Positions 9,006 to 17,361 of a stretch of DNA of 40,183 bases are shown in pieces. Made by a program: the position numbers and the translations under genes. Under the pieces are notes generated by a model that was not told where the DNA came from, did not search any database, and saw only the letters and a program-made list of their open reading frames with translations. Position 1 is the stretch's first letter; every line of letters starts with the position of its first letter. Origin of the DNA: Verrucomicrobiota bacterium (lineage in GTDB: Bacteria > Verrucomicrobiota > Lentisphaeria > Lentisphaerales > Lentisphaeraceae); NCBI GenBank assembly GCA_039798785.1, contig JBDKFG010000044.1:1-40183 (forward strand), given 5' to 3'.

Positions 9006-9464
9006 ATGATCGCACAAGGTCGAATCCTCAGCGCTGAACAGCAGCGCCGCATCCTCCGCGGCCCGGCCGCGGTCTATCTCCTCGTCGCCAACGCCGATGG
9101 GCGAATCGACAGCCTGGAGGAGGCGTCTTTCGCCGAGCAGCTCCTGCGGCTCGGCGCCGGCCCCGGCGACGTGGCGGGGATTTTCCAGGAATTGCGCGAC
9201 AATCTTCGAGCCACCCTGTCGCCCCTGCAGCAGGGCGGCCCGCGCCCCGCGGCTTACCTCGCCGAGGCCGTCTGCGACTCGATCCGCCAGGTCGATCTCG
9301 ACTTCGGCCTCGACACCGGCAAGGCCTTCCGCGGCGCCCTGCGCCAGCTCGGGCTCGGCGTCGCCCGCGCCTCCGGCGGCTTTCTCAATCTCTTCGGCGA
9401 CAAGGTCAGCGACGAAGAGCGCCAGGCCCTTGGCGAGCTCGACCGCCTGCTCGGAGCCGAGTGA
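9006..9464 (+). CDS. TerB-like helical protein
   Basis: LVANADGRIDSLEE and VARASGGF...VSDEERQAL resemble TerB-fold acidic motifs. Start uncertain (8976 or 9006). Confidence 0.55.
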   Translation: MIAQGRILSAEQQRRILRGPAAVYLLVANADGRIDSLEEASFAEQLLRLGAGPGDVAGIFQELRDNLRATLSPLQQGGPRPAAYLAEAVCDSIRQVDLDFGLDTGKAFRGALRQLGLGVARASGGFLNLFGDKVSDEERQALGELDRLLGAE

Positions 9465-10333
9465 TGGGATTCCAGGATCGCCTCGGCCATTGGCGGGAGG
9501 AGCCACATCGCCGTGCCCCCACCTGGTACTGGCCGGCGAGCTGGATCAGCCGCTACGCCTTGCTGATGACCGTCTTCATCATCGTCTGGATCGCCACCCG
9601 TGGCGACATCGTCCGCCGCTTGGAAAGCTCCATTGCAGAGCTTGAGAATGGCGAAGTCTGGCGGCTGGTGAGTCCCCTTCTTTTGCCGAACAGCTGTTCT
9701 TGGCACTGGTTGGCTTTGAGCTGTCTTTGTCTCTATCTAATGGGGCGGCAAATGGCTGAGCGCCTCGGGTCTCGACGTGAAGGGCAGCTGCTTCTTGTGG
9801 CCATGGCCAGCACCGCTCTCGGCGGTTTGATTCAATCATTGATTTTCGGCTTCAGCCCCTGCTCAGGCAACTGGGTCTTCGCCTCCTTGGCAGTGGCTTT
9901 TTTCTGGGCTCACATCGGCCGCGAGGAAATCTGCATCATGCTGATGCTGGTTCTGCCGGTCCGGCTCCAGGGCCGCTTTGTCGCCATGATCATTGTCGCC
10001 GTGATGCTCATCGATTCTTGGATCACTCCCTGGTACCATCTTCCGGGCCTGCTCGCCTCCGCTCTCTGCTTCTGGTGGATGCGTCTTGTTCCTGGCGGCC
10101 TTTGGAAGCTGTGGCGGGCCCAATCCAAAGCTGGCCACCAGTACCGCCCCCTCAATCCCTATCAGCAGAATTCCAACTGGCGCGAAACCAAGCCCCAGCA
10201 GGCTGATGTCGACACCTTCATCCGCGATCAGGTCGATCCGATCCTGGAAAAAATCGCGCGCTCAGGAAAGGAAAGCCTGAGCGCGCAAGAGAAGGAGATC
10301 TTAGCCAAGGCTAAGGATATGCTGGGCAATTGA
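9461..10333 (+). CDS. rhomboid-fold membrane protein with a C-terminal DUF6576-like domain
   Basis: GEVWRLVS (WR motif), several TM segments, YHLPG, C-terminal VDPILEKIARSGKESLSAQEKEIL. Confidence 0.75.
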   Translation: MMGFQDRLGHWREEPHRRAPTWYWPASWISRYALLMTVFIIVWIATRGDIVRRLESSIAELENGEVWRLVSPLLLPNSCSWHWLALSCLCLYLMGRQMAERLGSRREGQLLLVAMASTALGGLIQSLIFGFSPCSGNWVFASLAVAFFWAHIGREEICIMLMLVLPVRLQGRFVAMIIVAVMLIDSWITPWYHLPGLLASALCFWWMRLVPGGLWKLWRAQSKAGHQYRPLNPYQQNSNWRETKPQQADVDTFIRDQVDPILEKIARSGKESLSAQEKEILAKAKDMLGN

Positions 10334-10348
10334 GCTCGGAATCGAGAA

Positions 10349-11047
10349 TCAATAAACGGTCCATTTGCCCGTGGCTTCGAAAAGCTCTGAGAGAGAGACT
10401 TGCTTCTTTTTTCCAAGAGATTCAAGAATTTTATCGTTGTTGGTGGTTTGCAGGCCGGCAATCACTTTGATCCGTTCTTTTTGCCCGGCCCAGTCATCAA
10501 ATAGCAGGCCGTCAGCATAGATCAAAGAGATCTTGTTTTCTTCGATTTTCGAGCCGAGTAGAGCTTCTGAGGGAGTGCTGCCGGCAAGGACGACAACGCA
10601 GTCAACCCCGGAAATGGCCCTCAGTTTGCCTTGAGCTCTCATGCCTACGCCACCATCAACGGCGCCGATGTTGATCAATGTCCACTGGCACGAGGGACTG
10701 TACTTGTTTTGAATGGCAGAAAATTCCGGATCCTCGACATCCATCATATCTGGATGGATGACGGCAATGCGATCGAACTTCAATCCAAGCTTCGAGAGCT
10801 GGTTTAAGGATCCTTCGAATCTGGCCAGAGGTAGATTTTCAAGCAATGCGGTCTCATTTTTCGCGGCTTCCGTCTCGTTGATGTCGACCGTAGCGGCATA
10901 GTAGACGGCGACAAAGACCGACGCGACAGCCAACATGGCGCCGGGAACCCGCAGGTTGCGCGCTAGGCGACTTTTGGGCTTGGCGCGCCCCATGAACACG
11001 GCAATCGAGCCGATCATGAGTTTGAAAAGTGCGATTAATTGCAGCAT
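10349..11047 (-). CDS. hypothetical membrane-anchored protein
   Basis: 232-aa ORF, two N-terminal hydrophobic segments, starts 5 nt after the upstream stop, lower-GC region. Confidence 0.65.
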   Translation of the reverse strand: MLQLIALFKLMIGSIAVFMGRAKPKSRLARNLRVPGAMLAVASVFVAVYYAATVDINETEAAKNETALLENLPLARFEGSLNQLSKLGLKFDRIAVIHPDMMDVEDPEFSAIQNKYSPSCQWTLINIGAVDGGVGMRAQGKLRAISGVDCVVVLAGSTPSEALLGSKIEENKISLIYADGLLFDDWAGQKERIKVIAGLQTTNNDKILESLGKKKQVSLSELFEATGKWTVY

Positions 11048-11052
11048 GGGGA

Positions 11053-11748
11053 TTAATTGCCCGAGGGGGTGTTGTGTCCAGGTTGGTAATAACGGCTGTA
11101 GAATTGATCGGCATTCAAGTACTCATGGTGGCCATCTTTGAAAATGGTGTTGAAGTAGACATCTCCTTTGTGATGGAGCCCGGAGCCCCATCCCCAGTCA
11201 AAGTTCGCGTAGGAGATCCAGCTGCCGCCTTGTTTTTGGCCGTGATTAATTTCTCGCAGCATGACTCGGTCGGAGGTGGGACCTTTACCGCCAGTCATCC
11301 TTTGACTCCAACCGTCATATGTGCCGACCCCGGAATGATAGACGCCGCCGCCCCCATCTCCATAGATGCCTCCCGCCAAGGCGAAAGACCGACGTTTGTC
11401 GGTGCCGTTTTTGTCCATGGGACACTGGAAAATGTTGCCCTTCGCGACTGAAACCGGGACTTCAGTGGCCTCCATTTGCTCTTCCGTTCGTGGGGCGCTG
11501 ACATAGCTCGACAGCAAATCATCCCAAGAATAACGGTTGGAGGGTATGTAGGATGGGGTCAGGTAGGCATTGTTGTTGTTGGAGTAGATGTACTCGCCCC
11601 GGTAGACTTGACTGATGTTGCTGACGCAGACGGCAAACTTGGCTCGCTGTAGAGATTTTCGTACTGCGGGCATTAGTAAAGAGATTAAAACCAAGATGAT
11701 GCAGACGACCACTAGCAGCTCAAGGAGGGTGAACTTACGGCGTTCCAT
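11053..11748 (-). CDS. prepilin-type N-terminal cleavage/methylation protein with an H-X9-DG-like motif
   Basis: KFTLLELLVVVCIILVLISLLMPA...CVSNISQ, IFQCPMD, HH...NTIFKDGH, typical of PVC pilin-like families. Confidence 0.88.
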   Translation of the reverse strand: MERRKFTLLELLVVVCIILVLISLLMPAVRKSLQRAKFAVCVSNISQVYRGEYIYSNNNNAYLTPSYIPSNRYSWDDLLSSYVSAPRTEEQMEATEVPVSVAKGNIFQCPMDKNGTDKRRSFALAGGIYGDGGGGVYHSGVGTYDGWSQRMTGGKGPTSDRVMLREINHGQKQGGSWISYANFDWGWGSGLHHKGDVYFNTIFKDGHHEYLNADQFYSRYYQPGHNTPSGN

Positions 11749-11754
11749 AAGGCT

Positions 11755-11988
11755 TCAATCCTTTTTTGCTTTTTTTGCTTTTCTAACTTTGCAGTGTTGG
11801 CAGATTTTGCAGGTGCCAGCCTTGCACTCAGCACAGGCTCTATTTTCATGGCAGGCTAAGCATTTCTGTTTGTCTAAGTTGGGGCAAGTCTTTTCTTCGC
11901 ACTGTTTGCAAGGCTCACCAGGCACGATGGCGTCGGCGGCCCACAGGGTCAGGCCAACGAGGAACAAAGCGGCTAGACAGTATTTCAT
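11755..11988 (-). CDS. small secreted Cys-rich protein
   Basis: Signal-peptide-like N-terminus, 10 Cys in the mature part, Lys-rich tail, GGGAGG SD. Confidence 0.7.
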   Translation of the reverse strand: MKYCLAALFLVGLTLWAADAIVPGEPCKQCEEKTCPNLDKQKCLACHENRACAECKAGTCKICQHCKVRKAKKAKKD

Positions 11989-12258
11989 GATCGCCTCCCT
12001 TCAAGCTTATCCACCAAGAGCTTCTGATGATCAAAGATCCCTTGGGTCGGGATAAATGCAAGAGTGCCATCCCGCCTGGAATTTATCTTTTTCGCCGACG
12101 AGATCGCCTTCCCTCATTATAAATCTGCAAAAAATTACATTTAGAAAGTCCATTTGAGCTTAAGGCGGTAACTATCAACCCTTAATCCCGAATTTTTTTG
12201 ATCTTATTAAAAAATTAAAAATCATTAAAGTCGAGTCAAAACTCTTGATTTCAGCGCA

Positions 12259-13008
12259 TTAATCTTTATTTATACTTCGGTGCAAGCCGCGGATGACGCA
12301 ACCGGCGGCGGCAGCGGCGGCGAGGTGTTTCAGGGTGTGGCCGCTGACCACTTGGCGGGTGAGTTCGAAGACTTCATGGTCGGCGGCTTCGAGGATTTTT
12401 GCCGCGGCGTAGCAGGCGAAGACCTCGATCCACATGCGTTGGCGGCCCTGCGGCCCCTTGGCCCGGGCGAGAAGCCAGACCAAGGCGGGAAGGGTGCCGA
12501 ACTGGCACCAGGCGTAGAGGCGGAGATCGCCGGCGCCCTGGCTCTCGGTCCAGTTCCACCACAAGACCGAGACGATCCCCAGCGGCACCAGGACGCCTTG
12601 CACAAGCCAGGCCGTCTCGCGGCCGAGGCGTTCGCCGCAGATCGCGGCGGCACAGCCGGCGAAGGCGAGGGTCATCGGCAGGCGGTCCCAGACCAGGCTG
12701 GTGTTGCTGGGGGCGAGATGGTACCAGGCGGAGCCGAATCCAGTGAGGAAAATCCCGAGGAAGAAGAGCGGTAGGCCCGAGCCCGGCGACAATTTCAGCC
12801 GCCAGGACAGAAACAAGCCCCAGAGACCGAAAATCACGAAGGGCAGATTGCTCAAGGTGTCGGCGCAGTTGTTGACCCCGCAGAGGCAGCGGCGGTCGGC
12901 GAAGGCGTGATAGGCCGGGTCCTGCGGCAGGGGGGCGCACCAGGCGAGGCCGAGGGCAGGGAGAATCAGGCAGAGGATCAAAGGCCAGTGAAGACGGGGG
13001 AAGTTCAT
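12259..13008 (-). CDS. ceramidase-like (CREST superfamily) membrane hydrolase
   Basis: QDPAYHAFADRR, TLSN, GSAWYH, WDRLPM, SGHTLKH. Confidence 0.85.
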   Translation of the reverse strand: MNFPRLHWPLILCLILPALGLAWCAPLPQDPAYHAFADRRCLCGVNNCADTLSNLPFVIFGLWGLFLSWRLKLSPGSGLPLFFLGIFLTGFGSAWYHLAPSNTSLVWDRLPMTLAFAGCAAAICGERLGRETAWLVQGVLVPLGIVSVLWWNWTESQGAGDLRLYAWCQFGTLPALVWLLARAKGPQGRQRMWIEVFACYAAAKILEAADHEVFELTRQVVSGHTLKHLAAAAAAGCVIRGLHRSINKD

Positions 13009-13109
13009 CGGGGACTCCGGGTTGGCAAGAGTCTAGCCCCGCAAGAAGGAGCGGAGAACGGCGGCGGGGCAATTCCCGACATTGAAGGAATCAATGCCCG
13101 GCCGCGATC

Positions 13110-13535
13110 TCAATCTTGTTCCGGCGCTTCGAATTCCTTGCGGCGGGTCTTGGCGTACCAAGTCATCCAGACGCCGAGCGGAGTCAGCGGCGGGCTGACG
13201 ATCATGTACCAGCCGTAGGCGACGAGGAACTTGTGGAACCAGGGGGCGCGGTAGCGGCAGCGGATGGCGGCGTACATGATCATCAGGATGCCGAGGACGC
13301 AGCCGCCGAGGGCGAGGGCGACGGTGAGGAGGAACTTCATCGCGGCCGCCTTCAGCGGCTCCAGGTCGCCCTGGCCGTCGAAGGCGGCGACGAAGGAGGA
13401 GTAGGAATTGACCAGGAGGAAGAGCCCGGCGACCAAGGCGATCACCTGGCAGCCTTGCAGGACGATGCCGACGATGGCAATTGCCGCGCCGGATCCGGAA
13501 GCGCGGGGCGCGGGTGCGTCGGGGGAGGATGACAT
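13110..13535 (-). CDS. hypothetical membrane protein
   Basis: 141 aa, about three TM segments, host-like codon usage. Confidence 0.7.
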   Translation of the reverse strand: MSSSPDAPAPRASGSGAAIAIVGIVLQGCQVIALVAGLFLLVNSYSSFVAAFDGQGDLEPLKAAAMKFLLTVALALGGCVLGILMIMYAAIRCRYRAPWFHKFLVAYGWYMIVSPPLTPLGVWMTWYAKTRRKEFEAPEQD

Positions 13536-13716
13536 CGGGAAAACCTCAGGGATTCATGGCGAGGGGTGCCTGGCCACAGCATATCGTCAAAGCAGGAGTC
13601 CACAAGTTCCGGGCTTCTGCCGTCCCAATGTCCAATGTCCCGATCGAGGGCGGTTCCTGCAGCTCCGATGGGACTCGATCGACCGGATCGAAGCGGCAAA
13701 GGGAAGATTTCAGATT

Positions 13717-14550
13717 TCAGCGGGATTGAGCTTGCGAAGTCCCGGCTGGGGGCAGCATTTCCGGCGGGATGGCCTCGACGCGACGATGTTTCTCGACGTC
13801 GCGCAGACGGGCGAGCTCGCTGCCCACCGGCTTGCCGCACTCCTGCTGCAACTCGAGCACCCGGATCTCCAAGGGCAGGATGTCCTGGAAGTAGCTGTCC
13901 GGAGTGTCGGCGCCGATCTCTTTCTCGCGGGCCAGGATCCACTCGACGCATTTGAGCTTGAGCTCGACGTAGCTCAGGTTCTTGTGTTTCTCCAGCCAGT
14001 CGAAGGGATTGGATTCGAGTTTGAGGCTGGCGGCTTCGTCGAAGGGGCTGCCTGTCCAGCGAGGTTTGTGATGCATTTTCCCGTCCTTCCCTTTTCTCAT
14101 GAGCCCATAACGGGAATAATGCCTGGGTGCATCCCACATCTGATGAGCGATCGCCCAGTGGCAGGCATCGCCGACCGAGCTGCCTTCGTAATGATTCATG
14201 AAAGGGATTGACTGGCGTTGATCCATTCGATGTTCGATCAAGTAGGGGAAGGCCAGCTCCTTGAAGGCTTGCAGCTTGAGGAAGGCCTGCTGACAGCGCT
14301 CATAGCGGTCGCGATAGGCAGCTGATGGGTCATCGACTCCCGGACTGTAGATCAGCTTGCCGTCGGCCTTTTCCGGGGAAAGCACCAGTTGCTCGATCAG
14401 GGCGCGGATTTCCTTCTCTTGGGCGGCCGTGGCTTTGTTCGCCTTCCAGCCCTTGGCGGCCTGCGGCAGGACGGCGGCTTGAGGCTTGGGCGCCTCGTTA
14501 GAACACGCGGCAAGTGCGAGGAGTAGACCGGCGGCGAGAAGGGGTTTCAT
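13717..14550 (-). CDS. hypothetical lipoprotein
   Basis: MKPLLAAGLLLALAA-C lipobox, GGAGG SD upstream of ATG 14550. Confidence 0.75.
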   Translation of the reverse strand: MKPLLAAGLLLALAACSNEAPKPQAAVLPQAAKGWKANKATAAQEKEIRALIEQLVLSPEKADGKLIYSPGVDDPSAAYRDRYERCQQAFLKLQAFKELAFPYLIEHRMDQRQSIPFMNHYEGSSVGDACHWAIAHQMWDAPRHYSRYGLMRKGKDGKMHHKPRWTGSPFDEAASLKLESNPFDWLEKHKNLSYVELKLKCVEWILAREKEIGADTPDSYFQDILPLEIRVLELQQECGKPVGSELARLRDVEKHRRVEAIPPEMLPPAGTSQAQSR

Positions 14551-14669
14551 GGGGCCTCCAAGAGAATTAAGGCAGCATAATGCCGGAGCCGGAGGTAAAC
14601 AAGTTTTTGCCGGGGAGATCGTGTCGACAACAATCGACGGCAGTCGATGGAAGTCGACGGGATCTTCGG

Positions 14670-14842
14670 GCTCAAACGCAGCCGGCAGGATGTCGGCGAG
14701 CCCAGTGGAGGACGAAGAGAACCCCCGCATCGGCATGCGGGGCTCCCAGGGGGCCTCTTCCCGGTCCAAAGGATCGCTTCCGATAGCCCAGCCCACCGGG
14801 CTGGGAAACTCAACCGGCGGGACGCCAGGGCTCCCAGGGAAC
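14670..14842. repeat. cluster of REP-like palindromes
   Basis: GCTCAAACGCAGCCGGCAGGATGTCGGCGAGCCCAGT and CAACCGGCGGGACGCCAGGGCTCCCAGGGAAC are degenerate copies of the repeat at 17357-17400. CCCAGCCCACCGGGCTGGG hairpin lies between them. Confidence 0.7.
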
Positions 14843-14845
14843 GAC

Positions 14846-15871
14846 TCAGAGATCCCCTTTCTTGGGAATCTGCTTGAGGACGCGGTCGAAGTCGGATTCG
14901 AACAAGCGGTCCTGGATCACCCGGTATTTCTCGAATTCGCTTTCGGCAAAGGCTTTTGCGACTTCCGCACTGACCTTGCCGGGATGATCCAGCAGTTCGC
15001 GTTCGTTGAACTTGAGGAAGGCGTTGAGCTTGCTCGCCCAGTCCAGCATGCTCATCGGGATGTTCCGCTCCGCCTGGTCTTCGGCGTAATCAAGATACAT
15101 GGTGACGATCCGGTCGAGGGCTTTCAGCTCCTTCTCGCTCAGGTAGTTCTTGGCGATCGACACGTCGGGCTTGAGGATCTTGCCGTGGGGAGCTTGACGC
15201 CAGCTGGTCAGCCCCATGTGCTCCTTGCCGCTGTCGGCGCGCTCGACGATGAGCTCGGCGGCGGTGTGGCCGTGGATGGCGAAATGCAACTTGTTCTGGA
15301 CCGTGGCGAAGAAGGTCTTGGTGGTCTCCGACTCGAGACTGTAGTCCATCGCGGTGGCGTAGATGTCGGTGATCTTCTGGTAGAAACGGCGCTCACTCGC
15401 CCGGATCTCGCGGATCTCGGCAAGCAGGTTGTCGTAGTACTCCTTGCTCAGGAAGGCGCCATTTTTGAGCCGCTCCTTGTCGAGGACATAGCCGCGCATG
15501 GCGAAGTCGCGCAAGACGCCGTTCGCCCACTGCCGGAACTGGGTCGCCCGGCCCGAGTTCACCCGGAAGCCGACGGCGATGATGGCCTCGAGCTTGTAGA
15601 ACTGCACCGAGTAGTTTTTGCCGTCGGCGGCAGTTGTCCGGAATTTCCGGATAACTGCCGCCTCCGCCAGCTCCTGGGTCGCGAAGATGTTGCCGAGGTG
15701 CTCGCTGATGGTGCGGACATCGACTTCAAACAGGGTCGCCATCAGCTTCTGGGTCAGCCAGACGCTCTCCTCTTCGACGCGCACTTCAATGCCGTCCTCG
15801 CCCGCCTGCCGGGTGAAGATGAGGAATTCCGCCGTGCTGTTGCGGATGCGGAGGGGGTTGGAAGGGGACAT
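14846..15871 (-). CDS. rhuM: virulence RhuM family protein
   Basis: VWLTQKLMATLF, IIAVGFRVNSGRATQFRQWA, IREIRASERRFYQKITDIYA, FFATVQNKLH, AKNYL. Confidence 0.92.
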   Translation of the reverse strand: MSPSNPLRIRNSTAEFLIFTRQAGEDGIEVRVEEESVWLTQKLMATLFEVDVRTISEHLGNIFATQELAEAAVIRKFRTTAADGKNYSVQFYKLEAIIAVGFRVNSGRATQFRQWANGVLRDFAMRGYVLDKERLKNGAFLSKEYYDNLLAEIREIRASERRFYQKITDIYATAMDYSLESETTKTFFATVQNKLHFAIHGHTAAELIVERADSGKEHMGLTSWRQAPHGKILKPDVSIAKNYLSEKELKALDRIVTMYLDYAEDQAERNIPMSMLDWASKLNAFLKFNERELLDHPGKVSAEVAKAFAESEFEKYRVIQDRLFESDFDRVLKQIPKKGDL

Positions 15872-15890
15872 GGATGGTTCCTTGGGGAAA

Positions 15891-16205
15891 TTAACAGGCC
15901 ATCGGAGCGATTCCGAGCACATCATCGGGCAACTGGGCGAAGCTCAGATCGTGTTTGGGGTAGATCTCCTCGCCGGCTTTGAATACATGAAGGTCGAGCA
16001 CCTGAGGTGGTTCTTTTCCCCGCGTCATGCGAAAGTACTTCTGACCCACTTCCGGCATCAGGCAGATGCCATGCTCTTCTTGCAGCTTCCGCACAAGTTC
16101 GCCGAGGGTCGTGGCCTTGATCTCGAGGCCGCCTGGCAGGGCGTAGCGATTGCCGCTGTCGATGTCGATGAGACAGGCGGGTTTGTCGGAGTGGAAGCGG
16201 GGCAT
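15891..16205 (-). CDS. probable beta-grasp (MoaD/ThiS/Urm1-like) protein with a non-canonical C-terminus
   Basis: EIKATTLGELVRKLQEEHG and VFKAGEEIYPKHDLSFAQLPDDVLGIAPMAC parallel the MoaD consensus. Start at 16205 inferred. Confidence 0.55.
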   Translation of the reverse strand: MPRFHSDKPACLIDIDSGNRYALPGGLEIKATTLGELVRKLQEEHGICLMPEVGQKYFRMTRGKEPPQVLDLHVFKAGEEIYPKHDLSFAQLPDDVLGIAPMAC

Positions 16206-16215
16206 AAAAAGAGCC

Positions 16216-16632
16216 TTAGGATGTGGCTCGAGCGTCCCCGCTCGAGTTGTTTTTCGATGCAATGCCGTAGAACTGATCCATTGCCTGGCAGTGCTGCAAA
16301 GCATGAGGGCCGAGAAGGGGCAGCCAAAGTTTAGTTTCAATGCGAGTTTGAGTCTGAAGGCCTTCGAGGAAGCCGGTGGCGATCAAATTGCCAGTCTCCT
16401 CATCGCCGTCAGTCAACAACTGTTCGACAGCGGTAAAAAGCGTCTCTGCGTGTTCATAGTCTCCAGCTTCAAGTCTTTGCAGGAGGAGATCTGTGAGTGA
16501 TGAAATCAGCAGATAATAGAGGATTTGTCCATCATCTGCCACCCATTGCTCGACACGAGATACGAAGGCATCCCGAAAGCCGGGGTAGGCCTTGCTCAGA
16601 AGCGTGATGGCTTCATTGACTTCAATTGGCAT
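16216..16632 (-). CDS. hypothetical all-helical protein (DUF7674/immunity-like)
   Basis: LFTAVEQLLTDGDEETGNLIATGFLEGL...LLGP pattern, AGGAG SD. Confidence 0.7.
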   Translation of the reverse strand: MPIEVNEAITLLSKAYPGFRDAFVSRVEQWVADDGQILYYLLISSLTDLLLQRLEAGDYEHAETLFTAVEQLLTDGDEETGNLIATGFLEGLQTQTRIETKLWLPLLGPHALQHCQAMDQFYGIASKNNSSGDARATS

Positions 16633-16694
16633 TCGGAATCTCCTTGCAAAGGACTTGAGTGGGGTGCTTGAGCTCCCAGGACGCTGCTAAGCTT

Positions 16695-16733
16695 GTTCCC
16701 CTACTGGATCGCCGGCGTTCCGCCGGCTGTGTT
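16695..16733 (+). repeat. 39-bp REP-like inverted repeat, left copy
   Basis: GTTCCCCTACTGGATCGCCGGCGTTCCGCCGGCTGTGTT, 38/39 identical to the reverse complement of 17362-17400. Confidence 0.9.
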
Positions 16734-16739
16734 AGCTGC

Positions 16740-16846
16740 TGCTTGCTGCAACTGGCAGTCTTGCTGGTGTGGCCCCGGTCGGTGATGTTGGCCTGCACCG
16801 AGTAGTTTTTGCCGTCGGCGGCAGCTCCTGGGCCGCAAAGTTGTGC
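16740..16846 (-). pseudogene. heavily deleted rhuM remnant
   Basis: 16793-16824 is identical (32 bp) to rhuM 15602-15633 and continues into a match to 15668-15693. Confidence 0.7.
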
Positions 16847-16858
16847 AGCGACTGCAAA

Positions 16859-17299
16859 TCATGGTGCAAAGTATTTTTTATCAATATCTTCCAGTAGGTC
16901 ACGAGCATCTGGTGTGTCGATGTTTCTCAATGTGGCTCGGATACTTTCCAGAGGCACTTTCATGAGTTCATGAACGGAGACTTCGGCTCCTGTTTCATCT
17001 TGGATAGTTTCCGGTTCCGGCCAAAAGCGCAGGCCATCGAAGAGATAGCCGATGGTCGCATTTCTACCTTCTTCGGTTCCAGAAATCAAGATCTCATTCA
17101 AGAAAGGCAATGCCCAAATCAAAGCCGGGTAATAGGTTCCGCAATGATCATTTCCAAGTGCCCAACGTGCATCAGATGTGACATCCTTATCTTTCTCCGG
17201 GAAGGCCAAGCCTAAAATAGCTGGAGTGACATGCTCGGGGATGTAGTACTCATTTCCGGGGATCATACTCCAATCAAAGTCTTTCAGTTTTTCGAGCAT
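16859..17299 (-). CDS. hypothetical acidic helical protein (low GC)
   Basis: 146-aa ORF with AAAGGA SD, visibly more AT-rich than its neighbours. Confidence 0.75.
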   Translation of the reverse strand: MLEKLKDFDWSMIPGNEYYIPEHVTPAILGLAFPEKDKDVTSDARWALGNDHCGTYYPALIWALPFLNEILISGTEEGRNATIGYLFDGLRFWPEPETIQDETGAEVSVHELMKVPLESIRATLRNIDTPDARDLLEDIDKKYFAP

Positions 17300-17361
17300 G
17301 GACTGAATCCTTTTTTTTGATTGCTGCTGATTTTGTCATCCAGCTATTTGCGGAGAGCTCA

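Noticed and set aside
16683..16739. attC-like site (GCTAAC...GCTTAGC on the minus strand)
   Set aside because: The R-prime box does not fit GTTRRRY, other junctions lack similar sites, and no integron integrase is in the window.
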